DNA of 45,006 nt from a virus: the IMG/VR virus record IMGVR_UViG_3300025851_000003, positions 1 to 45,006 of that record; one strand, 5' to 3'. Of this stretch, positions 32,553 through 42,698 are shown piece after piece. Position numbers and translations under genes: made by a program. Within the stretch, counting starts at the first letter, position 1; the number at the start of each line of letters is the position of its first letter. The notes beneath the pieces were generated by a model. It ran no database searches. It had not been told where the DNA came from and saw only the letters and a list, made by a program, of their open reading frames with translations.

Positions 32553-33758
32553 TTATTTGAATATACGTACATACCACCCATTAACCTTGACATCACAAGT
32601 CTTATCAGCAGAGACTTGGAACTTAGCTGCTCCGTTAAGGGTGCTGGTATCTCCCATGTATATGCTATTAAAGCACATAACCTTTTCCACACCTATATTC
32701 TTGTAGTTAATGGGGTTAAGCCAGCCGATAGTATAAGCTCCACCAGCTAATTCTAACACTATGTTAACCTCTGTGTTAACGGATTGTACATCTATCTCAA
32801 CATCTAAACGTATATCCAAGGTATCACCTAGTGACAGTTCTGACCAATCAAACTCGTTAGTAGCTCCAGCTATCCACACATCTGTCACACCAGAAGGTGC
32901 GTAGGTCTTACTGGTGAACGCACCAGCCTCATCGTTGGTTAAGTATGCACTACCGCCGCCTGTCACTGTAACAGGTGTTGTAGCTGTTGCTGTATCGTTG
33001 TAATCGAAGAAGCCTTGTACTAAGCTTCCGTCTAGCGGAGTACCAACTGATCTGAAGTCTGTTGCTAATACACCTATATTAAATATAAGAGGAACTGTAG
33101 TACCGTCCATAGGCCCGTTAGCTTGGTACCAAGCACCACCTTGTCGTACAACATCATGCATTGCATATATACCAGCAGTATCAAAGGGTGCAGTTGGCCC
33201 CTCTGCTACGTTGTACCATTCATCCTGAGCACGTCCCTCAACAAAGGGTACAGGTAGTGGTATACTAGCTACAATAGGGAACGAAGGGGCATACAGTTTA
33301 TTATTCAATAGTACTATATCACCCAGACCATAACTCTGTGTTGGATCGTGTGCAACTGCTAAGCCACCAACATTGATCAACTCCCAAGCAGGATCAACAA
33401 CTCCACCTACTTGAGGTTTGATACCAACAGTACCATTGATAGCGCAACGATATACTCGCTCATCATCATCTACAACTACCTCAGTTATTCCGTAAGGTGT
33501 TAAGTTGTTGTAATCAGGCCATGTTGAACCTGAACCATCAGCGCCATCTCTTACTACGATAGTTCCGAATACAACACTGGAATCGCTTGAACGGTATAAT
33601 GTGTAAGTCTTATCTCCACCCACGTCCTCTGTTAATGTGATGTGGTCTATGCCTAATGTTGCAACCTCCATCTCTCTTAGTTGTCCTGCACGATCTACAA
33701 ACAGTAAATCACCAGCTTGTACATCTGTTACTATTGAACCTACAACCTTGTCTACCAT
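32553..33758 (-). CDS. Receptor-binding / tail fibre candidate with three CBM5/12-like aromatic repeats (401 aa)
   Basis: The pattern W/Y...Y..GD.V.....Y.A recurs three times: TPYGITEVVVDDDERVYRCAINGT..DPAWELI, QSYGLGDIVLLNNKLYAPS and GIYAMHDVVRQGGAWYQANGP. Confidence 0.5.
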   Translation of the reverse strand: MVDKVVGSIVTDVQAGDLLFVDRAGQLREMEVATLGIDHITLTEDVGGDKTYTLYRSSDSSVVFGTIVVRDGADGSGSTWPDYNNLTPYGITEVVVDDDERVYRCAINGTVGIKPQVGGVVDPAWELINVGGLAVAHDPTQSYGLGDIVLLNNKLYAPSFPIVASIPLPVPFVEGRAQDEWYNVAEGPTAPFDTAGIYAMHDVVRQGGAWYQANGPMDGTTVPLIFNIGVLATDFRSVGTPLDGSLVQGFFDYNDTATATTPVTVTGGGSAYLTNDEAGAFTSKTYAPSGVTDVWIAGATNEFDWSELSLGDTLDIRLDVEIDVQSVNTEVNIVLELAGGAYTIGWLNPINYKNIGVEKVMCFNSIYMGDTSTLNGAAKFQVSADKTCDVKVNGWYVRIFK

Positions 33759-33774
33759 AATCTATTCTCCAATT

Positions 33775-34653
33775 TTAATCTGATAAGTCCCATATGACAT
33801 CTTCACCATCTCTGGTCTGTATCATATTGCCATCTCTTCGATGGATGGTTAATCTTTCTGGAATCTCTGGATGATAGCTTGCAATAAGTGCCTGCATTGT
33901 AAACTCTGATTCCCCTATCCTAGTTTTTGTTTCTACATCCTCTGCCAACATCTCATCTGTATACGTACGAAACTTCAGTATTGTATATACAGCATCTGTA
34001 TCACCAGCAGCTGCTCTTGCAAGAAGCTGATGCTCCTCGCCATCAGTGTTGGTAACAACTGTCTCTCTATCTACTACACTTCCTGCGTCCATCTCAATAG
34101 GATGATCGAACCACCATGTAATACGATCTCCTTCTGCATAAGCTCTCCCTGTTAGCAGCTGTTGATATAATTGAATCCCTTCTGATCTAGTCTCATTATA
34201 GATGTTCCAACTGATCACATCCGTTGAAGCTATATCCTCCCCAGCGATAAGTTCGATACCATGAACAGACATGTTAAATGGGAACGTAAAGATACCTATA
34301 TCTGTACGAACAACACTTTCATGCTCAGGCCCAACTGTCTCTATCAGTATCAGGTTATCGCCGTAGCGTCTTGTGCTGGCTCTAATGATACCACCAGAGT
34401 CTTGGTTAACAGCATCTGATTGACGACGTATACCTGCTCTGGTGCCTTGGTAGGCAATATCTGTGGATTGGTTAGTCAGGAATACGTTATCACCACCAGA
34501 TGATATAGCATGCTGTCCACCAATATAGAAGCTGTTCAATGTTGTTTGCAAAGGTACATCAGTTACAACTCTGCCTATATCCTCTATATATTCTATATGC
34601 TCTAGAGTTGTTTCCTGCGTTTTAGTTATACCGTTTTGCCAATTATAAGCCAT
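33775..34653 (-). CDS. Hypothetical virion protein (292 aa)
   Basis: ORF track, in the structural arm. No motif recognised. Confidence 0.6.
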   Translation of the reverse strand: MAYNWQNGITKTQETTLEHIEYIEDIGRVVTDVPLQTTLNSFYIGGQHAISSGGDNVFLTNQSTDIAYQGTRAGIRRQSDAVNQDSGGIIRASTRRYGDNLILIETVGPEHESVVRTDIGIFTFPFNMSVHGIELIAGEDIASTDVISWNIYNETRSEGIQLYQQLLTGRAYAEGDRITWWFDHPIEMDAGSVVDRETVVTNTDGEEHQLLARAAAGDTDAVYTILKFRTYTDEMLAEDVETKTRIGESEFTMQALIASYHPEIPERLTIHRRDGNMIQTRDGEDVIWDLSD

Positions 34654-34867
34654 CCCGTTTACCTCTGTTTAAGTATACGTCGAGTCCTTCAATTTGATTA
34701 GCGTCAGAGGCAGCATGTAATATATGCACCTCAGCGACCGTAGGATACGCTACAGCACCCTCTACATAGTAGGGTAGTAGCATCATAGCTCTTCCCTCAT
34801 AGATCACCTCAGAGCAGCTTATACACGGCCCTGAAGGTATCTCCGTTATACTGCAATTGTTTATCAT
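34643..34867 (-). CDS. Hypothetical protein (74 aa)
   Basis: ORF track. Overlapping coupling with both neighbours. Confidence 0.5.
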   Translation of the reverse strand: MINNCSITEIPSGPCISCSEVIYEGRAMMLLPYYVEGAVAYPTVAEVHILHAASDANQIEGLDVYLNRGKRDGL

Positions 34868-35598
34868 ACTACCACCATTGTGACTTTATCTGATGGCCAT
34901 GATCTAGGAGTAGGTAAGTTCTCGCCAGCCCAATCACCATCCTCATCTTGTGTGAATGTCCCCCAGTTGTGAGCCTCTCCCTGATAGCCCCCATGCCATG
35001 CCTCGCCTGTTGATCCCGTATCCAAGAGGGTAAGTGAGTCATTGCTGTGTCCATCATCCATAGCATAGAAGTAATCTTTACTTATCGTAAGATCCTCAAC
35101 ATGCATATTAGCTAGAACACCGACAAACCTAAGACTGTCAGAACTGTATCTTCCGATCTTTCTAATACCTAACTTAGATATCTGAGCTACGTTATCTTGG
35201 TTGGATATACCGCCACTCGCCGTACTCTCGATTCGCAAAGTTCCTTCTGCCTTCAGGACTCTGATTGTGGTATACTCAGCACTCAGCACCGCACCGTCCA
35301 ATTCTACAGCACCACCAGAAGTTGATACTGTTATCCTTCCGTTAGTACTCAGGAAGATGTACTCATTAAGAGCTACATCATCACTAAGTATGATCTGAGA
35401 TGCACCAATAACATTTGGGTGCCATATATCAAATGTGATATTGTAGTTCTCAGTCAAAGGAATCTTGGGGATTATCATGTTATTAACAAGACCCTCGTTG
35501 TAGAAGAATTCACGTGTGCCTCCTCCTCCACCAACTGAGGCTATACCAAACAGAGGTGGTGATCCTATGGGCAGACTTGCTGCCGCTGTGTTATACAT
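34864..35598 (-). CDS. Hypothetical virion protein (244 aa), possibly a lectin/LamG-like beta sandwich
   Basis: ORF track. The fold suggestion rests only on beta-rich composition and is weak. Confidence 0.5.
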   Translation of the reverse strand: MYNTAAASLPIGSPPLFGIASVGGGGGTREFFYNEGLVNNMIIPKIPLTENYNITFDIWHPNVIGASQIILSDDVALNEYIFLSTNGRITVSTSGGAVELDGAVLSAEYTTIRVLKAEGTLRIESTASGGISNQDNVAQISKLGIRKIGRYSSDSLRFVGVLANMHVEDLTISKDYFYAMDDGHSNDSLTLLDTGSTGEAWHGGYQGEAHNWGTFTQDEDGDWAGENLPTPRSWPSDKVTMVVV

Positions 35599-35998
35599 AT
35601 TTATCTACAAAAGCCGATACGTGTGTAGCTGTTGTAGTTCCTGCTAATAGTAATCGCCATTGACGCATAGGGCCAGAGGCTGCTGGTTGTACACGAGTAG
35701 CATCACTTAGAGTAGATGCATTGAATGAACCGTTATTAATGTCCTGCCAGTGAGAATCCGTAGAGGCTCTACCTTGTATCGTTATAGTACCTGTATCTGT
35801 TGTAAGTGGAGCTCCTGCATTCCATAACAATACTGTGAAGTAAGATCGTTCTGTTGTACCGGATACTTCTTCAGACTCGAAGGGTGTTCCTGTTGCATCA
35901 GCTACCGGAATCAATGTAGTTTCAGTTCCGCCTAAGTTATAGTGTCTAGATGCTTGCCCTATCTGAGATCCTTGTACTGTTACTGAGGTGTCTTGCAT
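35591..35998 (-). CDS. Hypothetical virion protein (135 aa)
   Basis: ORF track. First gene after the terminator hairpin at 36031-36060. Confidence 0.55.
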   Translation of the reverse strand: MQDTSVTVQGSQIGQASRHYNLGGTETTLIPVADATGTPFESEEVSGTTERSYFTVLLWNAGAPLTTDTGTITIQGRASTDSHWQDINNGSFNASTLSDATRVQPAASGPMRQWRLLLAGTTTATHVSAFVDKYV

Positions 35999-36020
35999 AA
36001 TACTTTTTCCTTATATCAGT

Positions 36021-36060
36021 AAACCAAGAAAGCCCGCTCTAGCATTATACTAGGCGGGCT
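36021..36060 (-). terminator. Rho-independent terminator or attenuator after the capsid gene pair (minus strand)
   Basis: Read on the minus strand: AGCCCGC-CTAG, loop TATAATG, CTAG-A-GCGGGCT, followed by TTCTTGGTTT. 11 paired bases with one bulge. Confidence 0.55.
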
Positions 36061-36067
36061 CTATTAT

Positions 36068-36520
36068 CTAAACGCGGTAAGTAAGAGTGATCTTTCCTTT
36101 ACCAATTCCCATATCAGCAACACTGTCAGTCAAACCAATAGCGGTGTCAGCAAGAAGTGGGGCAACCCAAGTACCAACAGCAGCATCGCCAGCTACTACA
36201 GAGTTATCATTACCTAAACCACCTACAGGCCATGAGATACCGTTAGTAGCTTCAGAGCCCTTTGTACCGAGCTCTAGAACAGCAGCGCCAGCAGATGCGA
36301 AACCTATCTCTTGGTACAGAGACGCTTCTACAATCTGAGCACCAGCAGGAAGGAAGACATCTAAGAAATCTTCTTGAAGATCTTCGAAGTCGAAAGCGAT
36401 TATGACAGTTTGTAATGGGCCAGCTGAAATGTAACCACCAGCTACGATAGTATCACCACGTTCAGCAGCACCGAAAGTTTGACGAACACCAAGGCCGTTT
36501 GCATTTTGAGAGTAAGACAT
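36068..36520 (-). CDS. Hypothetical capsid-associated protein (150 aa; decoration or minor capsid candidate by position)
   Basis: ORF track. Shares a near-identical translation-initiation region (TTTAAAAAGGTAAT.AATTAT) with the major capsid gene. Confidence 0.55.
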   Translation of the reverse strand: MSYSQNANGLGVRQTFGAAERGDTIVAGGYISAGPLQTVIIAFDFEDLQEDFLDVFLPAGAQIVEASLYQEIGFASAGAAVLELGTKGSEATNGISWPVGGLGNDNSVVAGDAAVGTWVAPLLADTAIGLTDSVADMGIGKGKITLTYRV

Positions 36521-36588
36521 ATAATTATTACCTTTTTAAAAATTAGAATAAGTTGTATAAGTAAGGGACAATTAAGTCCCCTATACTA

Positions 36589-37545
36589 TTAGCTAGTTGC
36601 AGTAGCTGAAGTGAAGATAACACCGATGGTATCGTTACGCTGGATGCCGAAGCCATCACGAGCTGTTACGATGAACTCATCTTGACGCAAGTCCTTGTTA
36701 CGTGAAGTCTCAGCCATTGGAGCCTGACGAGAAGCATACATAAGAGGCTTACAGTTATCATCAGCAACACACATTGCGATGTTAGCAACCTGACCAGTAG
36801 AACCTTCAGAAGTCTCACCAGCTTCTACGATGTGTAGACGGTTAGAAGTGTAGATATCGAAACCGTACAAGTTAGTTACGAAGCGACCCTCATTCACGAA
36901 GCTAGACTCTAGCATAGAAGTGAACTTAGGAGAGCTGTTAGCTTGGTAGTTAGCAGTGAAGAACAACTGCATAGTAGCAGCAACAACTGGATCAACAACC
37001 ATTACACGACCTACAGTAGGTACGTTAGCTTTATCAAAAGCAAGACCCATAGAGATGATGTCAGCTAGGATAAGAGTACTGTTAGTACCAGTAGCTACAT
37101 AGTTGTGAGCGAAACCGTTGATAGTGTTAGTATCTGTAACAGCTTGAGCAGAAGTACGTAGGAAACGAGACTCAGCATCAACTTGGAATGCACGAGTACT
37201 TTCCATTGCACGAGAAGCCATTAGCTGTTCAACTTGAGCACCGTCTTGACGAAGGATGTCAGAGATAGCCCAAGCATCACCAGCGTAATCACTGATAGAT
37301 AATTGAACGTTACCAGTATCAATTGGGTTGTAGATTAAAGGAGTTCCCTCAGCAACTTCTTGTAGCGCTACAGTACCGATGGTCTTAATGTTTAAAGTAG
37401 AACCACTATTGAAGTCTGACACGTTACGATAGAACTGAGTAGGAAGGAAACCATCATCTAGGTTATCCAACATGAACTGAGAATACACTTCAGCTTCGAT
37501 AAAAGCAGCTGAGTTTGCAGAGTTTTGAGTCATAGCATGAGACAT
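36589..37545 (-). CDS. Major capsid protein candidate (318 aa)
   Basis: Follows the scaffold-like gene. Size fits an HK97-fold capsid protein. Strong conserved initiation region, with a terminator downstream of the gene pair. Confidence 0.75.
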   Translation of the reverse strand: MSHAMTQNSANSAAFIEAEVYSQFMLDNLDDGFLPTQFYRNVSDFNSGSTLNIKTIGTVALQEVAEGTPLIYNPIDTGNVQLSISDYAGDAWAISDILRQDGAQVEQLMASRAMESTRAFQVDAESRFLRTSAQAVTDTNTINGFAHNYVATGTNSTLILADIISMGLAFDKANVPTVGRVMVVDPVVAATMQLFFTANYQANSSPKFTSMLESSFVNEGRFVTNLYGFDIYTSNRLHIVEAGETSEGSTGQVANIAMCVADDNCKPLMYASRQAPMAETSRNKDLRQDEFIVTARDGFGIQRNDTIGVIFTSATATS

Positions 37546-37583
37546 AATTAATTACCTTTTTAAAGTTTAGTTTGTGTTACAGT

Positions 37584-38318
37584 TTATTTATATTTTGCTG
37601 CTACAATAGCTGCATTACGATTCCACTCAGCCATCAGATCTTTCGAGCCATGGCCCGTCATCTTGAAGGTTCTGGCAGGAGCGTCAGGCACCTGTTGTTG
37701 CAAGGCCGTAGGGTTGATACTACCACCCGTCGGTAAGGCCGTAGGAGCGGTTGAGCTAAGTCCTAGTAGCTGTTTTGCTGCTGCTGGTGAGGTACGTGAA
37801 ACATCTTGGAGATATTCCATTGTAACTCCTAACTGGGCAGCCTTAGCTACCATTACCTCTTTTGCTTTGTCGCCGTACTGAGCGATCACAGCACTCGACA
37901 CATCACGTTCGTTAGATTCATTTGTCGTTTGTACTTTCTGATCGTTCATTAGTTTAGCGAATAGCGCGGCTGCATCCTCTTCCCCTAATCCTGTAACAGC
38001 AGGTATTACTGTCTCTGGCGTAGTTGGTTTCAGTGCGTCCATTATTTCCTGTTGGTTAACAGCTTTATCGGCAGCGGCTTGAGCAGTAGCTAACTGTTCT
38101 TGTAACTGTGCGATATATGTTTGTGCGTTAGCAGCGCCTGTAAGGGCATCACCTACACTAGCATACTTCTGTAATCCATCAGGGTTTTTGATACCTGCAA
38201 GCTGGTCAGCGAACAATGTATCGGGTGTAGCTACCGGAGCAGGAGCAACTGGGGCTTCTACTGGTGCTACTACAGGTGTCACATCAGGGGTAGCTGGTGC
38301 GAATACTGAATCTGTCAT
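37584..38318 (-). CDS. Scaffolding protein candidate (244 aa)
   Basis: Lies between portal and capsid. Ala/Pro-rich N-terminus, then a long helical Ala/Gln/Lys-rich sequence. Confidence 0.65.
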   Translation of the reverse strand: MTDSVFAPATPDVTPVVAPVEAPVAPAPVATPDTLFADQLAGIKNPDGLQKYASVGDALTGAANAQTYIAQLQEQLATAQAAADKAVNQQEIMDALKPTTPETVIPAVTGLGEEDAAALFAKLMNDQKVQTTNESNERDVSSAVIAQYGDKAKEVMVAKAAQLGVTMEYLQDVSRTSPAAAKQLLGLSSTAPTALPTGGSINPTALQQQVPDAPARTFKMTGHGSKDLMAEWNRNAAIVAAKYK

Positions 38319-38322
38319 AAGG

Positions 38323-38559
38323 TTAATCCTCTAAATAAGTTAGTAAATCTTTGATGGCTCGTAAGTAACCATTCAAGTCTGCTTGTTTGTATGCCCATGA
38401 AGCTGACTCATACTGATCCTTCATATTCGAATTAGCAGCCTTAGCCTTCTTCTCCATAAGCGTCGATAATCTCTCACGTACTGGCCGAGCTAACCTGAAC
38501 AACTCTTCTAGTTCTTCCTGTTCCTCTTTCGGTATGCCACTGATAAACTTACTCTTCAA
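38323..38559 (-). CDS. Small hypothetical protein (78 aa)
   Basis: ORF track. Overlaps the portal stop. Confidence 0.55.
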   Translation of the reverse strand: MKSKFISGIPKEEQEELEELFRLARPVRERLSTLMEKKAKAANSNMKDQYESASWAYKQADLNGYLRAIKDLLTYLED

Positions 38560-40318
38560 AAGGGATACCCTCCTCTTCTATAGGGGTAGCTTGATTAACA
38601 GCTACATCCTCTTGTGCTTGATTCATAAGCTCTTGTGTTTCTTGATCCTCGAATATCTTAACGTTAGGTGAGAATAATGAGAACCTTTCTAAGTTCAATG
38701 CACCCTCTACTAGAGTTGACAACTTCTTACCTGATACGTGTGGTTGAACTATGCCACCCAATGCACCACCTAGAAGCCCTGTAAGGTTCTGTACTAGTTG
38801 AGCTTGAGCTGCGAAGTGTCTAGCACCAACAGGTCTTAACTTACCCTTAGCTGTGATATCAGCCTTGGTTATGTTTAAGAACTCTGCTACACCTAGATCA
38901 TCATCCATCACACGTACGATATCGTTCGTATCTAAGTGACGTACTGCTAACTCTAACATATCATTAAGTAATGGTTCAAGTAACATGATCTCGAAGTTTG
39001 TAATCTTCTCTTGGAAGATACGACCTGATGCATTCTGTAAGGACTGCACTTCAAAGGCTGTCTTCTCCCCCGGAGTTCGTACTCCCATTGCATTCTTAGG
39101 TGCTCCTGCAAACTCTTCCATCTTAGCTTCTAATGTTTGAATCTGAAGATCAGCTTGTAGTGCTTGGCTTGGTGGAGCTAATGATGTAACACTACCATCA
39201 CCATCAATGTGTATTTGTTCGTATGGCCCCCAAGTAAATGGATCAACATCACCCTTAATAACTAATGGTGGAGCTGCAATCATATCAAAGATATCAGCCT
39301 TAAGATTCTCAAGGTGATCAATACGATATTGCATACCAACTAGATTATCCAGTGGGCCCATTGCATATAGATTGTCAGGACGAAGTCTCCAACCCACGTG
39401 TCGTATGTTTGATCCAATAGACCAAGAAGGTAAGGGATCGTTAGATAATACGTACGCCCTATCAATAATAGTAATGCGTCGATTACGATGTAAAGTACCA
39501 CTAACATTATCAAAGATATCTCCTTCGAAGCGTAGTATCTCTACGTAGCCTGATTGGTAATACTCTCGTAAGTTACCAAAGCCATCTACTGTATACCCTG
39601 CTGACTTATCAAAATCTGCATGATCAATACCACCTAACTTACTACGTGTCTCTAAGGCTTTGTCTAAGGCTTCCTGTAGCATTGCTTCTTCAGGTCTATC
39701 CTCTACATCACGAGCTAGATCACCTAAGCTCTTGAGGCTTCGTACGATCTTGTAGCTATCTTCAAAGCGAGAAGCTGTTGGGTTGAACACGATATCAAGT
39801 GGACTGATACGAACAATACGTGGCCCAATAAATCCGGGTACTACTTCTAGTGTTTGTTCATCTAACTTAGTCTCGTTAACATACTCTACATCAGCGAAGG
39901 CATTACCGTAGTCAATGTAATCATATAGCAATTGAGAAATGACAGTACGGCTGTTACCCTCTCGAACCTTGTTGGACATATAGGCTTGGATTGCTGTACG
40001 TTTGTTTGCTTCGTTGTCTTCACTTGTATATGCCTCCCATTGTAGCCAGTTATCATTTGGGAATGCAGCTGCAATATAGTTTGAATGTAAGTTGTCTCGT
40101 ATCGAACATAGCTTAGGAAGTGTTGTACTATTCTTCCATCCACTATCTTGATTGGTTGTTGTAGTAGTATCAGTAGCGAATACGTAATCACGTAACTCTC
40201 TCTTCTCTGATACCCATGGAATACGTTGGTTATTAAGTGTAGACCAGTTCATCGATATCTGTTCAGCTAGTGATTCAGAACCGATGATATCTTCAATTTG
40301 TAGTGCTTGACCTGTCAT
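38549..40318 (-). CDS. Portal protein candidate (589 aa)
   Basis: Immediately downstream of the large terminase with a 4-nt overlap. Typical portal size, with an acidic C-terminus. Confidence 0.8.
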   Translation of the reverse strand: MTGQALQIEDIIGSESLAEQISMNWSTLNNQRIPWVSEKRELRDYVFATDTTTTTNQDSGWKNSTTLPKLCSIRDNLHSNYIAAAFPNDNWLQWEAYTSEDNEANKRTAIQAYMSNKVREGNSRTVISQLLYDYIDYGNAFADVEYVNETKLDEQTLEVVPGFIGPRIVRISPLDIVFNPTASRFEDSYKIVRSLKSLGDLARDVEDRPEEAMLQEALDKALETRSKLGGIDHADFDKSAGYTVDGFGNLREYYQSGYVEILRFEGDIFDNVSGTLHRNRRITIIDRAYVLSNDPLPSWSIGSNIRHVGWRLRPDNLYAMGPLDNLVGMQYRIDHLENLKADIFDMIAAPPLVIKGDVDPFTWGPYEQIHIDGDGSVTSLAPPSQALQADLQIQTLEAKMEEFAGAPKNAMGVRTPGEKTAFEVQSLQNASGRIFQEKITNFEIMLLEPLLNDMLELAVRHLDTNDIVRVMDDDLGVAEFLNITKADITAKGKLRPVGARHFAAQAQLVQNLTGLLGGALGGIVQPHVSGKKLSTLVEGALNLERFSLFSPNVKIFEDQETQELMNQAQEDVAVNQATPIEEEGIPFEE

Positions 40319-41856
40319 CTAAATGCTACCCCGCCGAATCGGCTGTTAATTTGTACTACGTTATGTCTGGTTCCACTATCCATACGTGCTCTCCGAGGAG
40401 CTACTGCAATAGCGATAACAGATGCAAGGCAATCCTTTATATCATCATGAGGGGGACGAGCTAACACTAGCTCCTCTTCTAAGATAGAAGTCCAACCACC
40501 CTTGTAATGCCATATTGTATTGTTCTCATATCTTGGTTCTAACGTAGCTGCCATCCGTTCTAACTTAGAACCTTCATGACGTGATGGACGATACTCATCA
40601 ACTACAATCGTCTGACCGTTAGCCCTGAACATATCCTTGATGTCGTTTACGATAATCTGTTGAGCAACTGATACCTCAGCCCTCATCTTCTTGAACTGCC
40701 ACTTAGCGTGTAGCTCCATGATCTCATCATAGTAACCTTGTATCTTGTCTGACTTGAAGCGAGCTATATCTAATACATAGATGTAACCATCTGAATCTAT
40801 CCCGATAACAACGATAGCAGTATAATCCGCTTTCTTGCTTAAGGAGAATGCAAAGTCAATACCTGCATAGATGTTTAACTTCTTACCCTTGAATGACCAC
40901 TGCCCATTATCACAGGCTATGTACTTCTGTTCAAAGTATTGAAAGTTATCACGACTCAAACGATTACTCTCATCTGAGTTAGCTTGCTGGTAATACTGTG
41001 CGTAGTATTGAGTCTTGTCTATGTACTTAGTTCGTTTGATAGCTAGTATCTTATTATCGAACCCGTAGAACTTACCATCAGCTCTCATCTCTTTAGGCCA
41101 AAGGAAGGCACCATCAGTTTCAACTACGTGAACCTTGAAGTCGTATAACTCTTCCTCTCCTATGACATCACCCTCATCATCGAAGATAGGTAACATCATC
41201 TCTTTTAAATCTGTGTAGATATCAGCAGGGTGATAGATAGTTCCTACCACTGTCTCAGTAGCTCCCGTGCTCTCAATCGAAGCTAGCTGTGAGTATTGCT
41301 GTGTAACCTTACGTCGTCCTTCCTCAGTGTATGCATTGTTAGGTACAACCATATCATCTAGGAATACGTGGTTAGCGTGGAAGCCTGTGATGTTAGTAGT
41401 AAGACCAGCTGCAAAGACTGTTGAGTCTCGTACGCCTTCCTGCTTACGCTTAGGGTGATCAACACATACCTCAGTGTTAGTCCACTTCTCCCTCTTACCT
41501 TCCTCACGCTCTAGCATCTCAGGCCAGTAGTAAGTATAGATATCACAGGTTAATATATCTTTGATAGCCTTCAACTGCTTCTCAGCTAAAGCGCTTGTTG
41601 CCGATACGTATAGTATGGTATCAGCTGGGAATCTTGTGATCAACCATGCAGCCTTAACAGCAGCACAGTGACTCTTCTGATGATCTCGTGGTAATAGCAG
41701 GACTGAGTTGTCTTTCTCATCAGCCTCTAAATCCATCCACCACTTGAACGTATCTAAATGTATTTGACCGTACACGCGGTGAGGGTTAACTAGCTTGGCG
41801 AAGATACGAAGATCAGCCTCCGCTGCTTCCCTTACCACTTGTTTCTTATCGGTCAT
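40315..41856 (-). CDS. terL: Terminase large subunit
   Basis: 513 aa. ATPase-like LLLPRDHQKSH (Walker A-like) and VFLDDM (Walker B-like). C-terminal nuclease-like GIDFAFS...DYTAIVVIG. Confidence 0.85.
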   Translation of the reverse strand: MTDKKQVVREAAEADLRIFAKLVNPHRVYGQIHLDTFKWWMDLEADEKDNSVLLLPRDHQKSHCAAVKAAWLITRFPADTILYVSATSALAEKQLKAIKDILTCDIYTYYWPEMLEREEGKREKWTNTEVCVDHPKRKQEGVRDSTVFAAGLTTNITGFHANHVFLDDMVVPNNAYTEEGRRKVTQQYSQLASIESTGATETVVGTIYHPADIYTDLKEMMLPIFDDEGDVIGEEELYDFKVHVVETDGAFLWPKEMRADGKFYGFDNKILAIKRTKYIDKTQYYAQYYQQANSDESNRLSRDNFQYFEQKYIACDNGQWSFKGKKLNIYAGIDFAFSLSKKADYTAIVVIGIDSDGYIYVLDIARFKSDKIQGYYDEIMELHAKWQFKKMRAEVSVAQQIIVNDIKDMFRANGQTIVVDEYRPSRHEGSKLERMAATLEPRYENNTIWHYKGGWTSILEEELVLARPPHDDIKDCLASVIAIAVAPRRARMDSGTRHNVVQINSRFGGVAFR

Positions 41857-41857
41857 A

Positions 41858-42340
41858 TTATAATCCTAATCGTTGTAAGTCTCCATCGACAATAGACACT
41901 ATCTTAGTTGCCGCTTTAAGTTCTGCTTCCTTCTCAACCTTAGATGGGGCACCAGCCTTTCGACGATCCCAACCCTTGTCTAGAAGTATCTTAGCAGATG
42001 ACTTGCACCCACCCTTAGCTAATACTCGTATCTGACGTAAGCCTACTGAGCGTAGACGAACTTCAAGTTCATCCCTCCACTCCTCTACCCGATTCTTTAG
42101 GATACCCTCAGAGAGTATGATCCAATGCTTCCAAGAACCGAAGTGCTCCTTAGCAATACGATACTCTGTGGGGTCTTCAAGCTCAACGAAGATACGTTGG
42201 ATAGAAGGATAAGTGATACCACGGTATGTTGTATCGTCTTCACGTAGCGTGTACAGGACACGGTCTAAGTCCCCTTGGCATGTCTCCAAGAACAACTTCT
42301 TTGTTAGCCAGTGGCCTTGTGTACCTTTGAACTTAGACAT
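41858..42340 (-). CDS. Terminase small subunit candidate (160 aa)
   Basis: Called on position alone, directly upstream of terL. No motif recognised. Confidence 0.4.
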   Translation of the reverse strand: MSKFKGTQGHWLTKKLFLETCQGDLDRVLYTLREDDTTYRGITYPSIQRIFVELEDPTEYRIAKEHFGSWKHWIILSEGILKNRVEEWRDELEVRLRSVGLRQIRVLAKGGCKSSAKILLDKGWDRRKAGAPSKVEKEAELKAATKIVSIVDGDLQRLGL

Positions 42341-42349
42341 AGTGTCTCC

Positions 42350-42697
42350 TTAAAAGTTAACTTTGATAGGCCACTCTACCTCAGTAGGGAAGCCTTCTTG
42401 ATCTGTAATGTTTAATAGCATCTCACGTAAGTCATTGAGTAGACCTTTCTGATACGTAGTACATGCTGCCCAACGAATACCGGAGTAGATGTCAATCTCT
42501 TTAACTAAACGTTCATCACGCTTAGCACGTACCTCTGCTTCGAGATCAGTCTCTGGTTTAACGTAGTTGATGATGATAGCCTTAGCTTCCAGCACCTCTT
42601 GCTTCATAGTCTTGTAATCACGATTGCCCTTACAGTCAGGGACAGTCTTGCCATCTAGATCATATAAACCGCTTTCTAATTGCTTGTATATCTTCAT
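42350..42697 (-). CDS. Hypothetical protein (115 aa)
   Basis: ORF track. Confidence 0.55.
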   Translation of the reverse strand: MKIYKQLESGLYDLDGKTVPDCKGNRDYKTMKQEVLEAKAIIINYVKPETDLEAEVRAKRDERLVKEIDIYSGIRWAACTTYQKGLLNDLREMLLNITDQEGFPTEVEWPIKVNF

Positions 42698-42698
42698 A

